This document shows, piece after piece, positions 1 through 11,599 of a stretch of 64,000 nucleotides of DNA. Numbering within the stretch: the stretch's first letter is position 1; each line of letters begins with the position of its first letter. A program made the position numbers and the translations under genes. Origin of the DNA: Lama glama (taxonomy: Eukaryota); assembly GCA_028534125.1 (NCBI GenBank), contig CM052817.1, positions 31,746,001-31,810,000 on the forward strand. Reading direction: 5' to 3'. The notes beneath the pieces were generated by a model. The model saw only the letters and a list, made by a program, of their open reading frames with translations. It made no database searches and was not told where the DNA came from.

Positions 1-869
1 ACCTCTGCTTTGGAAAGGTGGGGAAATATTTATTGCAGATCAGCATTTTAAGTGTGGCATGCTTTTTTGGACAGAAGATAGTCCCTGATTACATCTGTCA
101 TTAGTTACTGAAGTATAATTAATGCTGTTAGAAATTGACATTTATCCTGAAAAGTAGGCTTAATTATATAAATCAGGCATAATCATCGGGCCATGTTGCT
201 TTTAGATACAAAGCAGCTGAGAAGAACATTCCAATCAACTCTCCTGTTTGATTCCATTAAAAGAAAATCTTCCTGATTCCTTTCAAAAAAAAGTGGCCAA
301 ACACTATTGTAATTCAAGTTGCTTCAATGAATTTAGAAAACTTACCTATTTTATTACTTAGAACACAGTAAATTACTATATACTCAATATACTTGTTTGG
401 CAGTTTCAGTTTCTTTGAGGGGGTGGTGGTGTTGAGAGTGGAGATAAAGCAAATACAAGAATACAAAAATCACCCCTCATTCAATATATCTTGTATATAT
501 TGGTCTAATATTTTTGAATGAAAGTCTATAAATATTTTTTAAAGAAATTGGGGCCAAACTATGCATCCTGCTATAGAATTTATTTTCTTCACATCAGATT
601 ATTAAGCTTTTTAATTGTTGCATACTATTCCATTATATGAGTAAAGCATGATTTACTCAACTTGCATATTGCTGGATATTTAGGTTATTTCTAATTTTTT
701 TCTGTTGCTACAGTCTTATTTTAGCTTCGTGCGTAAATTGTCTGCAATTCAGATGATTTCTCCAAGTCAGCAGAGTGAGTACCTTATTGTTTCTACCTGC
801 CTGACATCCATTTTTCCTTCTTCTGTTAACAGCACCCACTGTAACTTTGCGGAATCCCTTGCCCAAATC

Positions 870-1257
870 TGAGTTTGTGGGTCTTGAATAGGGAAGACCA
901 TCAAGCTCGAGGGAGAGCATTCCATATTGTGGCTGAAGGATGGGCACAGTTCCCCTGCCTGGGTCAAATTCTTCCCAGGACTTTTATGAAGATTATTGGG
1001 AAGTAAGCATTCTCTTTCCATGGGTGGTTCTAAGCTGATGGATATTTCTGGACTTGTTTGGCCCCCCTTAGGGAGAAAGTGAATGTGAAAATGAAGATGA
1101 TATAGAAGAAAGCAAAGCTGAGAAGTGGACAGAAACCCAGTCCTCATTTTAACCCAGGAGCCAGCCACACCAGGAGATTTTTCATTCTCATGAGTCACTA
1201 AACTCCCCTTTTGGCTTAAACCAATTTGAGTTAGGATTTCTGGCACTTTGATTGCAA
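870..1257 (+). mobile_element. Old MaLR (MLT1-type) solo LTR remnant, approximate bounds
   Basis: The 3' part reads tgagtcactaaactccccttttggcttaaaccaatttgagttaggatttctg..., resembling MLT1J/K-type LTR ends. Recognised by eye. Confidence 0.5.
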
Positions 1258-2299
1258 TAATCATAATTTTTTTAAAAAGTGTCCAGGAAGATTGTATTAT
1301 CAAATTGCTTTCCTCAGAAGTTGTGTCAAGTACCCCATCACCACTGAAGGTGTCTGACTGCTTCTTTTATTGCATTTCCACCATTAAGTGTTGTCCCTTT
1401 GAGATTCTATTTGACTTTTTTGAAGTTTCATATTTTGTGTTTGACTATTAGTGAAGTAAAACTTTTCCTATTTAATAAATAGAATATAAGTTGTTTATTG
1501 TAAAGTGTGTCTTTTGTCTATTTTTTTCTATCAAACTATGGCTTATGGATTGATTAGATGATTTACTCTTTGATACTTGTGGAATGTATTTTGCCTCTGG
1601 ATTTTATACTTACGAAAATAACATTTATATTTTTCTGATTATAAAATATATCTATGGCAGAAACTTGGAAAACACAGTAAAACACAAAGAAGGAAATAAA
1701 AATTACTTTTAGTACTACCTCTCAGATAATACACATTGAAGAAATTCCCTCTAAATTTACATGAATATATTTAATATATTTACTAGAATATAAGTATATG
1801 TGTATATGTGTTTATAGCTTTCTAAATTGTTTCATTACTTAAGATTGTGTCACAAGAATTTCTCCCTTGTCATTAAATATTCCTCTAAATGGGTCATGGA
1901 TCTTCTTAGGAACTTGAAAAGAGTCATGTAGTCACATTTCAGGGGAAGAAATGTACATATACAGAAAAGATACATTATTTCAGGAGGTTCTCAGATTCAT
2001 CCATGGACTCCACATCAGGAATTCTGATTGTGAACATGTTAGCATCTGCCGAGCAGTCTCTTGTATTAGTACACTCGTATTTAGTTTAACTGTATCCCAT
2101 CCAGTTTAGGAGGGCAGGTTTTGGGATCCAAAAGCTTGGGTTCAAAGCCGGGCTCTAAACCTACCTGGGGGTGACTTGGTGAATTTCTAAGCTCAATAAG
2201 CCTATTATAAAGGTGAAATGAGATGGTCCATGATTAAAAGCTTAGTAGATTGTCCTGTACATAAGCACTCAATGTAGCTCTCTCTCTCTCTCTTTTTAA

Positions 2300-3010
2300 T
2301 TCCCTGATTGTTTCCTTAGGATAAACAGCTAGAAATAGAATTACTGGGTCAAAGGAGATGCACATTTTTAGGACTACTATCATCTACTACCTGGTTTTCT
2401 TCTAGAAAGGCTACACCACGAGCAGGATGATGCCCAGTTGATAGTATCCTTGCCATCATAATGTACCATCATTTATTTCAGTCTTCTCCCACAGTGGAAA
2501 AATGACATCTAATTGCTTCAATTTAATTTCTTTGGTCATTCCTCTTTTGTGATCTGGTGTGTCTAGTCACATCTTTTGCCTTTTTTTCCATGTTCGTCCT
2601 TGTTAATTTGTAAAACTGTTTTATAAACTAACGATATTAGCTCTTGGTTTTATATATGTTGCAAATATTTTTTCTTATTTTGTAATTTGCTTTTAATTTT
2701 TAATGCTCTTTTTTACTGTTCCAAAGTTTAAAATGTTTATGTAGCCATATCTCCTGAGCTTCCCATTATGATTTTTTTTCTGTTACTTTTTTGCTTAGGA
2801 AGATTTTCCTGTCCAAAGATGAGATAAATACTAGCTAATATTTTCTCCAGTATTTTATTGTATTATTATTATTATTATTATTATTATCATCATCATCATC
2901 ATCATCATCATCTCTTTAATCCACCTGGAATTAGTTTTGGTGTATGGTGTGCAAGAAGCCTCTAAATTTATTTTCCCAAAAATGGCATATTTTCCATCTG
3001 TGTTGTTGTC
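2300..3010 (-). mobile_element. Degenerate LINE-1 fragment (antisense), approximate bounds
   Basis: Typical antisense L1 motifs: ttccttaggataaa...agaattactgggtcaaagg, tatatgttgcaaatattttttc, tctttaatccacctggaattagttttggtgtatggtgtg. Confidence 0.6.
2861..2911. repeat. Compound microsatellite (TAT)9(CAT)8
   Basis: Read directly: (TAT)9 at 2861-2887 followed by (CAT)8 at 2888-2911. Confidence 0.95.
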
Positions 3011-5059
3011 TTTCCCTTCTATGTATTTTCTCCCCTCTGGGTGGGCCAAATTGTCTTTGGTGGAAGCAAGAGTAAAGGCGAGGCAACGGCGGAAGCCTAG
3101 TGACCCACACCAGCTTGCCAACATCCCCACACCTGGAGAATGAGCTCTGTTTCCTAATCCTGGGGTTTTCCCCTAAATAGTCAAGGAGATCAGAAAGAAG
3201 AGGGGAGGCAAGAACATCTGATTTCTTTACATCAACAATAACCACACAAGCAGAAGAGACAACAGGTGTACAAGCCCCAAGAAGTCCTTGAGGCTACAGG
3301 TTAGCATATCCCTGCTGATTTACAGCCCAAGCCCATCTCTTTCAGCTTTTCACTCTTCACACACTGCACCAATCGTTGCCCATATCCTTTCCAAAGCCCC
3401 AAGAGGAGTGAGTCGGATGAGTCGGCCTGCCTCTAATTACTGCTTATTTAATTTGATTATGGATTTTAATATCATTAACATAGGAGGGGGCAAATCGGAG
3501 TGGTGCCTGCAGAGTTGGGCTTCAGCTCATCCTCTGCCATTTGTGTTCTTGGCTTATCTCATCCTGCGCTGAATGTAAAGGTTCCACAGTGCCTCCTCCT
3601 TATCTCATCTGTTTCTCCACATGACTTCCCTGGGTATACTCATTTAACCGAAGAATTTGAGTAGCCTGTTCCATTGTTTATCTGCTTATCTTGCTTTTGG
3701 TTCCATAAGCCTAAATGAAAATGTGGAATATTTTTGGTCACATCCCACTTCTTGCAAAGCTCTACAGATATTACTGCATTGTTTTCTTGGGTTTACTGTT
3801 TTGGAAAGTATGAGGATATATTATTTTCCTAAATGCTTGTAGAAGCACTGCCCTGATGGACTTTATGGTCTAGTGGAGAAGATATCAATTATTTGCGATT
3901 AAGAATGCAATGTGCTGTGAATTTAGTCCTATTCTTCATATTCTCAATCATTTTCATGAGATTTGGGGAGGAGAAAAGGTAAACACGCAAGCTCAGTTCA
4001 CCATTGGGAAATGGAAGTCACTTAGTCTCCTCTAGTGTCACAAAAGGGGGTAGGGACAAGTTTCCAGGAGGAAGAATTCGCTCTAGGATCTTGTCTCCAC
4101 ATGGACTAACCCTGTGCTAAGACTTCAGCCTAGAAATTCCCACTGTTGGCTTTTACAGCTCAACTGGCTATGACTGTGGTCACTCCAGACGGCCAGATGC
4201 CTTCTCCAGTGGCTCTGTCTCCTTGGTAGGCAGAGAGGTCCCTTTCTTTTGTAGATGCATCTAGTGACTGATTTGAAGTTGTTGAGTCAACATTCCCAAA
4301 AACTGCATTTGATTTGTTGGGGGATAAGCCTGTCTTAAAGCAGGGACTCTCACCACCATATTTCTTTCAGTGCTTTAATCCTAACCCCAGTGCTATACTT
4401 AAAACACTTCATAAATCTGTGGCCACTGAAATATCCTCTCCCTGTCTGCCAATAACTTCCAAAATACACATTTTTCATGGAGACTTTTCTTAGTAGAGTG
4501 CTTTACACGCCTTAACACTGTATCACGTTCAGCCAAGTACTCGTGGGTTTGAAGCAGAGATTTCCCTGTGCCTCAGATTCCTCATATATAAAAATCGAGC
4601 TAACAGTCTCTGTGCCACGGCTCCGCTGTGAGAATCAGAGGAAAAATGCACAAGCCACAAGCAGTTGCTCTCAAGACCTGGCTCAAACCTCACCAGTAGT
4701 ATTATTACTACTTTAAGTCCGAACATAAAAATGTTATTTAAAAATTCTCTGTAAATTAAGGCCGATATTGCGTCTTGCTGTTAGAGAGCCCCTCCAATTA
4801 AAACAGGCACCCCTCCCGATGCTCGGGGCTGCAGGCTGTTTGAACAGTGTGCGTGATGTATGTGCGTGCGCAGATACGCTTTTCTCTCTCTTACGTGCCT
4901 GGGTCTCCAGATTTCATTATCAAGGAGGCAGAGCCCATCAGAGAACTTGATCAGCAGCCAAGCACGGGTTTTTCTATTTTCTTGTCCTTTGTCAGGTCTT
5001 TGTTCCGCCCCTGGCTGCACTCTAACAGAACCACTTACTGGTGATTAAAAGGAGGGGAC

Positions 5060-6100
5060 TTGGAGGCGGGGGCGGGGCCTACTGGCGCGGGGGCCCGGCG
5101 ATTGGGTTCACCCTCGGGGGCTGCGCTTTCTTAAGTGCCAGCCCGCGGGCGTCGGCTGACCCCCAGCCGAGGACCAAGCAGCCGCCTCGGACGTCAGCGG
5201 CGCGCGGCGGAGGCTCGCAGCCCAGCCGAGTTCAGCGGCTGCGGACGGGCAGACAGACGGACGGCGGGGCCGGCGACCCAAAGCGGAGAGGCGCGCGCGG
5301 CAGGAGGGAAGAGAAATCCGCCGGGCGGGCAGGGGCCAGACTCGCAGCCGCCGGCCGATAGCGCCATGGACGGCACCGACAATGCCACCCTGCTCTTTGC
5401 CCTGTCCTCTCTGCAGCCGGACAACTACACCCTGTCGCCCAACGCCAGCAGCCTGAGCCCCGGCCCGGACGCCCCCCTCGCGCCGGCCTCCAGCGCCGGC
5501 CCCAGCCCCGGGCTCAGTGTCACGCCGGGCCCCGGCGTCAGTTTCAGCCCCGGCCCCACTCCGACCCCGGCGCCGACGGCCGGCAGCTTCGCGGGCGGCG
5601 GGGCCGGGCCAGGCTCTCCCACGTTCGCTTCGCCCGAGGCCGCCCACGAGCCCCCGTTCTGGGACACGCCGCTGAACCACGGGCTGAACGTGTTCGTGGG
5701 CGCCGCCCTGTGCATCACCATGCTGGGCCTGGGCTGCACGGTGGACGTGAACCACTTCGGGGCGCACGTCCGCCGGCCGGTGGGCGCGCTGCTGGCCGCG
5801 CTCTGCCAGTTCGGCTTCCTGCCGCTGCTGGCCTTCCTGCTGGCGCTCGTCTTTTCCCTGGACGGGGTGGCCGCCGTGGCCGTGCTCTTGTGCGGCTGCT
5901 GTCCGGGCGGGAATCTCTCCAACCTGATGTCCCTGCTGGTTGATGGCGACATGAACCTCAGGTACGCAGCTGGCCGTCCCCTAGACATCTCTCTTATCCC
6001 GGTCCACCGCGTTTACGACCGTGGATTCAAGATCAAGAAGGGAGGGCGAGGCGGTTAGACTGAGGCGCAGAAGAGGGGAGAACGTGGACGCGCGGGCTTT
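5060..6100. promoter_or_regulatory. CpG island over the SLC10A4 promoter and exon 1
   Basis: Very GC- and CpG-dense. GC boxes (ggcgggggcggggc, about 5065-5078), inverted CCAAT (attgg, 5101-5105), CRE-like ggacgtca (5189-5196). Confidence 0.85.
5366..5961 (+). CDS. SLC10A4: SLC10A4 coding exon 1 (sodium/bile acid cotransporter family member 4)
   Basis: gcgccATGG Kozak start. MDGTDNATLL...FWDTPLNHGLNVFVGAALCITMLGLGC...GCCPGGNLSN (SLC10/SBF signature). Donor AG|gtacgc; 596 nt, phase 2. Confidence 0.96.
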
Positions 6101-6691
6101 GCAAGTCCAGGCAGACATGAAGAGGTGGTGTTGCAGGGAGATCTAGCCAGGGACAGAGGCGCGCTGAGGGTCTAGGGGTTTCAACCACAGCTCCCTCACC
6201 ACCCTCCCTGTGTGCTGGGCTGTCAGGGCAGGTCTAACTGGGAATGGAAGACAAAGGGAGCTGGGAAGCCAAATAGGACTATTGGCTCCAGTAAAGAAAG
6301 GAATCTCATCTATAAGACAGTATGACTGAGGTCAATCCAACAAGTAGTATTCGGCAGCTTTACCGTGTCTAGTAACAGGGTGCTTCGGAGAATTAAAAAA
6401 GAACAAAAGCGTTCCTTGCCCTCAAGATCATCAGACTGTAACCAGCTCAGTAGGCTTTATAAGGCAGAGGGGCAGCAGTCCTGAGGTTTTATTTTTTCTC
6501 CTTCCGGAAGTTCTTGTTTCAGTTGGGCTTAGACATGTTGCTCTCTTGGTGTCTCCCTGGGATGAAGCAGGTTCTCTCCTGACTTCAAGCCGGGGGACTT
6601 GCAGTCTCTCCCTTTCTCCTCTACCCAGTATGCAAGCAAGGCTCTTTGGCTCAAAGCTCATTCTGACTTCTGTTCATTCCCTTTTCTGCAG

Positions 6692-6902
6692 CATCATCAT
6701 GACCATCTCCTCCACGCTCCTGGCCCTGGTCTTGATGCCCCTGTGCTTGTGGATCTACAGCCGGGCTTGGATCAACACCCCCCTGGTGCAGCTGCTGCCC
6801 ATAGGGACAGTGACCCTGACTCTCTGCAGCACCCTCATCCCTATCGGGTTGGGTGTCTTCATTCGCTATAAATACAACCGGGTGGCTGACTACATCGTGA
6901 AG
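6692..6902 (+). CDS. SLC10A4: SLC10A4 coding exon 2
   Basis: cttttctgcag|C ATC ATC ATG...GTG AAG|gtaagg; 211 nt. SIIMTISSTLLALVLMPLCLWIYS...ADYIVK; phases match both neighbours. Confidence 0.96.
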
Positions 6903-8518
6903 GTAAGGCCATTCTTCCCCTTGTGTGCTATGTAGAGAGTCTCCTCGGTCTCTGACCTGTGGCTGAAATGGTAAGAAGTCTGGGGAAAAGGGGTAAGAAA
7001 GAAAAGGCCTGTATAGCCCTTACATGGATAAACTTAAAAAAAAAAGTTTATGTCACAAAGATTACTTTCATTCCATCTTTTGGAATTTCAAAAATAATAG
7101 CTTTGATTAAGTACACCAGGTTCATTAAAAACAGCGTAAGAGAACTCTCAGGACTCATAGGAGGAAACGTCACGAAGGGGAACAGGTGACAGTGCAATTA
7201 AATGGCACGTTTTCCCACTAACAAATCATGCATTACTGAAAATCAAAGCAGATGAAATGAAATCATTTTAAGAGGGTTTGTGTAGTGTTTTAGAAATGCA
7301 TTACTCTATTTTTTAAAGGTGGAACTCTGAGAAACTCTATAGAAGTTTCCTTTAAAATGTTTTTATTAATTTTCTAAAAATAAGTTTACACTAATAAAAC
7401 CAAAAGTAATTTCAAAATTACACTGTGGATTATAATAGAATACACAAAACTTTGGCTTCAAAGCACAAAATAAAATTAGATCCTGCATAAATAATGCAGA
7501 ATATATTGCCATTATTAAATTTGTGTCTTTTTTTCCCTATTGCAATATTTCATATGGTTTCTAAAGCTAGTGAAAGGATGAGGCTTTCTATTATTTTGTG
7601 CAATATTTATAATATTGTTTTTAATAAAACAGATGCTTTTTGTAGCAGTAGAGATTTTGTAACAGTTGATTGGAGAAAAAAGTTAAATGTTTGTAAATCA
7701 GACTTTCTTTGAGAACTCAAAAATGGTAGTAAATAAGAGGAAACTATGAAGAGGATTCTCATTTTAGGGAGTTAATCGAATAAAATACACAACTGATTTC
7801 TGTAAAATGTACATGCAAATTCCTTTAGACATTGAAGAGAAAAAGGGTTACTCTAGTGTTTTAATTATTTAGATTTAAGAAGACAAAATCTTTTATGTTT
7901 TACTTATATTATTTTCTAAAGTAATCTGATCATACAGAGAGCCTAACTTTTATTAATATGAAAAATGGAGCATTCTTTTCTGTACGTATATCCAGCGTTG
8001 AGTAAAAAAATTGTGCTCTATAATAAATATATATGTCTGAATGTAATAAATATATATGTGCATGTAAATATACATATTTGTTATATGTTATACATATCTA
8101 TAGATCATCTTGAGATCATTAAGAACTTACTAAGCTTGTCATTAAGGTAATATTATTAATGTGATGGCATTTACTACAAAACCGTAGGAACTCTAAGAGA
8201 AGAGAGAATCAATCAAATAATCTATTTCCATACTAAAAACAGATAAACATATTTAAATAACAGATAATTCAATAAGACTGGCTAACTTTGAGTTTAAGCC
8301 GAACCTGTTCCTTAACCAGAACACTCATAAGATCTGCTTCACATTTCTGTACTTTTGCATACACTTTAAAATGAGCTTTCAGTGTCAGTTCTTACCCATA
8401 TGATTTAAGATAGTTCAAAGGAAACATTGGAGACAATATTTTCACAACGAAGAATCCAATTTCTTGTCAAAGCTTTTGATGTCGACACACTTTGAAACTT
8501 GATATAAGAAAAGTTTTA

Positions 8519-8657
8519 GGGGGAGGATATGGTTCAAGTGATGGAGTACATGCTTAGCATGTGTAAGGTCCTGGGTTCAATCCCCAGCACCTCGTCCAAA
8601 AATAAATAAATAAGTAAATCTGATTACCTACCCCCCAAAAAAATTAAGAAAAAAAAA
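8519..8657 (+). mobile_element. tRNA-Ala-derived SINE (camelid Vic-1-like)
   Basis: tRNA-Ala(AGC)-like head (catgcttagcatg...ggtcctgggttcaatccccagcacctc), AT-rich body and A tail. Lies in SLC10A4 intron 2. Confidence 0.8.
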
Positions 8658-9369
8658 GGTTTGGTTTCTGCCAATTGTACATTTGTAGCATGAGTCCCTT
8701 AAATAATAATTATTTTAGCATCCTTTAGGGTAGACTTTTTGACCAGCCCAGATAAATTTTGATTAATTTTTTAGAGTATAAAGTGTATGCCAATCCCACA
8801 GACTTCAAAGGGGTTTCCCCCTAGATATCTAGGGAACCAGAAACAATTCTTAAACTCGTCTGGGTCTGTAGTCTCCTTCAAAAACATCCATCCAACCCCC
8901 TCTCCCATTAAAAAAAAAAAAAAAAGCTAACTACTAATCTGAAGGAGAACAAGGAGAGGAATTTTTAGGTTTCCACCTTGCTATTTACAAGCCTGTCTTG
9001 CATGAGTGAAATGTACTGGTCAGACATCAAGATGACACAGTGCTTTATACAGTCAGTTGTTCTGTAGCTAAAATCCATCTATTATCTATAATAATTCCTA
9101 AGCATCATTAGAGACTTACAAGTGGGAGGTTTCTCATGAACAGACGAAAAAGCAGGAGTTGTGGAATTACAAAGAATTTCTCACATCTTATATTTACATT
9201 TTTTTTCTTTTCTCTTACCAGATCTACGAGTTGGTAATTGTTTCTGTATTGTGAACAATTTTCTGAGATATAATAAAGTATTTTGCAGGTTAAAAATATG
9301 ACACTCAGTTTCATAAATTTAATAACCTTTTATCTCATGTAAAACCAGAACTCATTAGAGGCACATTCA

Positions 9370-9456
9370 ATTTGACACAACATTGTAAAGTGATTATAAC
9401 TCAATAAAAATGTTTAAAAAATAAAATACATACATACATACATACATACATAATAA
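9370..9456 (+). mobile_element. Extremely 5'-truncated L1 3' end whose A tail became a (TACA)n repeat
   Basis: acacaacattgtaaagtgattataactcaataaaaa (L1 terminus). Flanked by near-identical direct repeats agaggcacattca (9357-9369) and agaggcacactca (9457-9469). Confidence 0.75.
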
Positions 9457-9921
9457 AGAGGCACACTCACAAACTAAACAGCCAGGATTCCAAAATGGAG
9501 TTATGGGATTGAGGATGAACACCTAGGACGGTCTGCCCCCGGAGAAGAGTAGCCTACCTTTCATAACTGTTTTCTAAATTTTTGGAGGCTGTTCTGCAGG
9601 AGGAGTAGTCTGTCTGGTCTGTGCTGCTCCCGAGGGCCTGTCCAAGACAGTGGCCAGCAGCTGTAGAAGGCAAATTGTCACTAGACATAAGGATAGGTCT
9701 TCAAACAATCAGAGCTGTCCGGCATGGTCTGGATGCCTCCTGAAGAGGTGATCTCCCCATCTTCAGACTCTGTCAAAGGCTTTTAATGGCGAAGATCTCC
9801 ATTTTGTGTAGGAGGCCAGACTAGATGGCTCTTCTCATCCAAAAGCCCAGGATTCCCTTGCCTGAATTTCTCTTCAACCATCTGATTTTTGATGGCTTGT
9901 TTACCCATTTTCTTTTACTAG

Positions 9922-10434
9922 GTTTCCCTGTGGTCTCTGCTAATGACGCTGGTGGTCCTTTTCATACTGACTGGCACTATGTTAGGACCTGAACTGCTGG
10001 CAAGTATTTCTGCAGCTGTTTACGTGGTAGCGATTATAATGCCTTTGGCAGGCTACGCCTCGGGCTACGGCTTAGCCACTCTCTTCCATCTTCCACCCAA
10101 CTGCAAGAGGACTGTGTGCCTGGAAACAGGCAGCCAGAACGTGCAGCTCTGTACTGCCGTTCTAAAACTGGCCTTTCCACCACAATACATAGGAAGTATG
10201 TACATGTTTCCCTTGCTTTATGCCCTTTTCCAGTCTGCAGAAGCCGGGATTTTTGTTTTAATTTATAAAATATATGGAAGTGGAACATTGCACAAGCAAG
10301 ATCTTCTAGACGAAGATGAAGATACAGATATTTCTTATAAGAAACTAAAAGAAGAGGAAATGGCAGACACTTCCTATGGCACAGTGAAAACAGATAATTT
10401 AATTATGATGGAAACCACTCAGACTTCACTCTAA
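9922..10434 (+). CDS. SLC10A4: SLC10A4 coding exon 3 (terminal)
   Basis: ttttactag|GTT TCC CTG. Contains TVCLETGSQNVQLC (SLC10 motif) and ends ...METTQTSL TAA. Total CDS 1320 nt = 439 aa. Confidence 0.96.
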   Translation, partial: VSLWSLLMTLVVLFILTGTMLGPELLASISAAVYVVAIIMPLAGYASGYGLATLFHLPPNCKRTVCLETGSQNVQLCTAVLKLAFPPQYIGSMYMFPLLYALFQSAEAGIFVLIYKIYGSGTLHKQDLLDEDEDTDISYKKLKEEEMADTSYGTVKTDNLIMMETTQTSL

Positions 10435-10901
10435 ATACGGAGATACACGGGAGCTTCTGCCTTGTTGAAATATTACTTCATATTTATGGTCTGTGGTAGT
10501 GTCTATGGTTTACTTAAGGAACAACAATTGGTTCACATTATTATACAATGTAACAGTTTTGATCTGCCTACCAGTAAAGTTGCATTGGTATATAAATCCA
10601 TTTTCATAAGTTACATACAAATCAATGTCATAATATAACTTGCACCTGGGACTGCTGGAGTGATGCCTGAACAAGTTAAATGTGCTTTTTGGTTTTCACC
10701 ATGTATTAACTCTTAGAAGACAGGGTCTTGGAAATGTAGAATTTTGACCCACTATCTCGTATGAGTAAAAACACGCTATATTTGTAAAGCATAGTTTAGT
10801 TTAATGTAATTGTTGTAAAAAAAAAAAGTGCTCTCTCAGCTTATAAATACTTGACACTGTTAAAATTTGACCTGTATTCAGAAAAATCCTAAAACAGGTC
10901 A

Positions 10902-10907
10902 ATTAAA
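10902..10907 (+). terminator. Probable SLC10A4 polyadenylation signal (ATTAAA)
   Basis: ATTAAA about 470 nt after the stop, followed by a U/GU-rich stretch (gtattttattgtc). Confidence 0.55.
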
Positions 10908-11599
10908 ACCATGCAATATAGTATTTTATTGTCAAACCTGTATCAAATCAAAAATTACATTAATGTATTTGATTACTTGATCTGATACCTATTTGTAATG
11001 AACAGCCAACATTTTTTCTAGTGGACAAAACATTTTCTTTTCATCTGGGGACTGATCTGGTCTTCTGCATTTATGTAAACACACTGTAAATCAGTTTATC
11101 ATTTGGAGGGATGATTTGTAGAACGACTATTCACCACAGAGAATTGCCATAGTCGTTAGTCCCTCGTGGAACTCAGCAGCACCTCTTGCTCACTATTTGA
11201 GGTGGGGGTTGGGGGAGGGAGGACGTTCTCCAAGGGAAAAAACAATTAGCCTAGATACGGGTGCCCTGGAGGGCTTTCCCTCTGCACTTACTGAAAGGGT
11301 TGAATGCGTAGATTTTACAGAGCAGCTCTGAGATAATTAAATAAACTATAATCTGAGATCCTAGGTATCAGACCCAAACCTTCGCATTTTTGCTCACGCC
11401 ACAGGCTAGTTGAGCATCTCCTCAGCTCCCCGGGGGGCGCAGATCCCGGGAATAATCGAGGGATGGGGGCCACCTGTCTCAGCTCATCCTGGGGGAATCC
11501 TCTTCACCTGGGGGCAAGTTCACTTACGGATCAATTCTTGCACCACAAGAAAGCCTTCTTTGCAGATCATCTAAGGGTATTTGTGCCGATTTCCCCAGA

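Noticed and set aside
767..1303. 178-aa minus-strand ORF
   Set aside because: It overlaps an old LTR remnant and has no recognisable domain or exon structure, so it is a chance ORF.
2855..3130. ORF ending in poly-Met and poly-Ile
   Set aside because: This is just the translation of the (TAT)n(CAT)n microsatellite inside an L1 remnant.
5041..6058. Overlapping long ORFs on both strands, and a 77-codon N-terminal extension of SLC10A4 from 5135
   Set aside because: Stop codons are rare in CpG islands. The 5135 start is GTG, whereas ATG 5366 has a strong Kozak context and gives the expected protein size.
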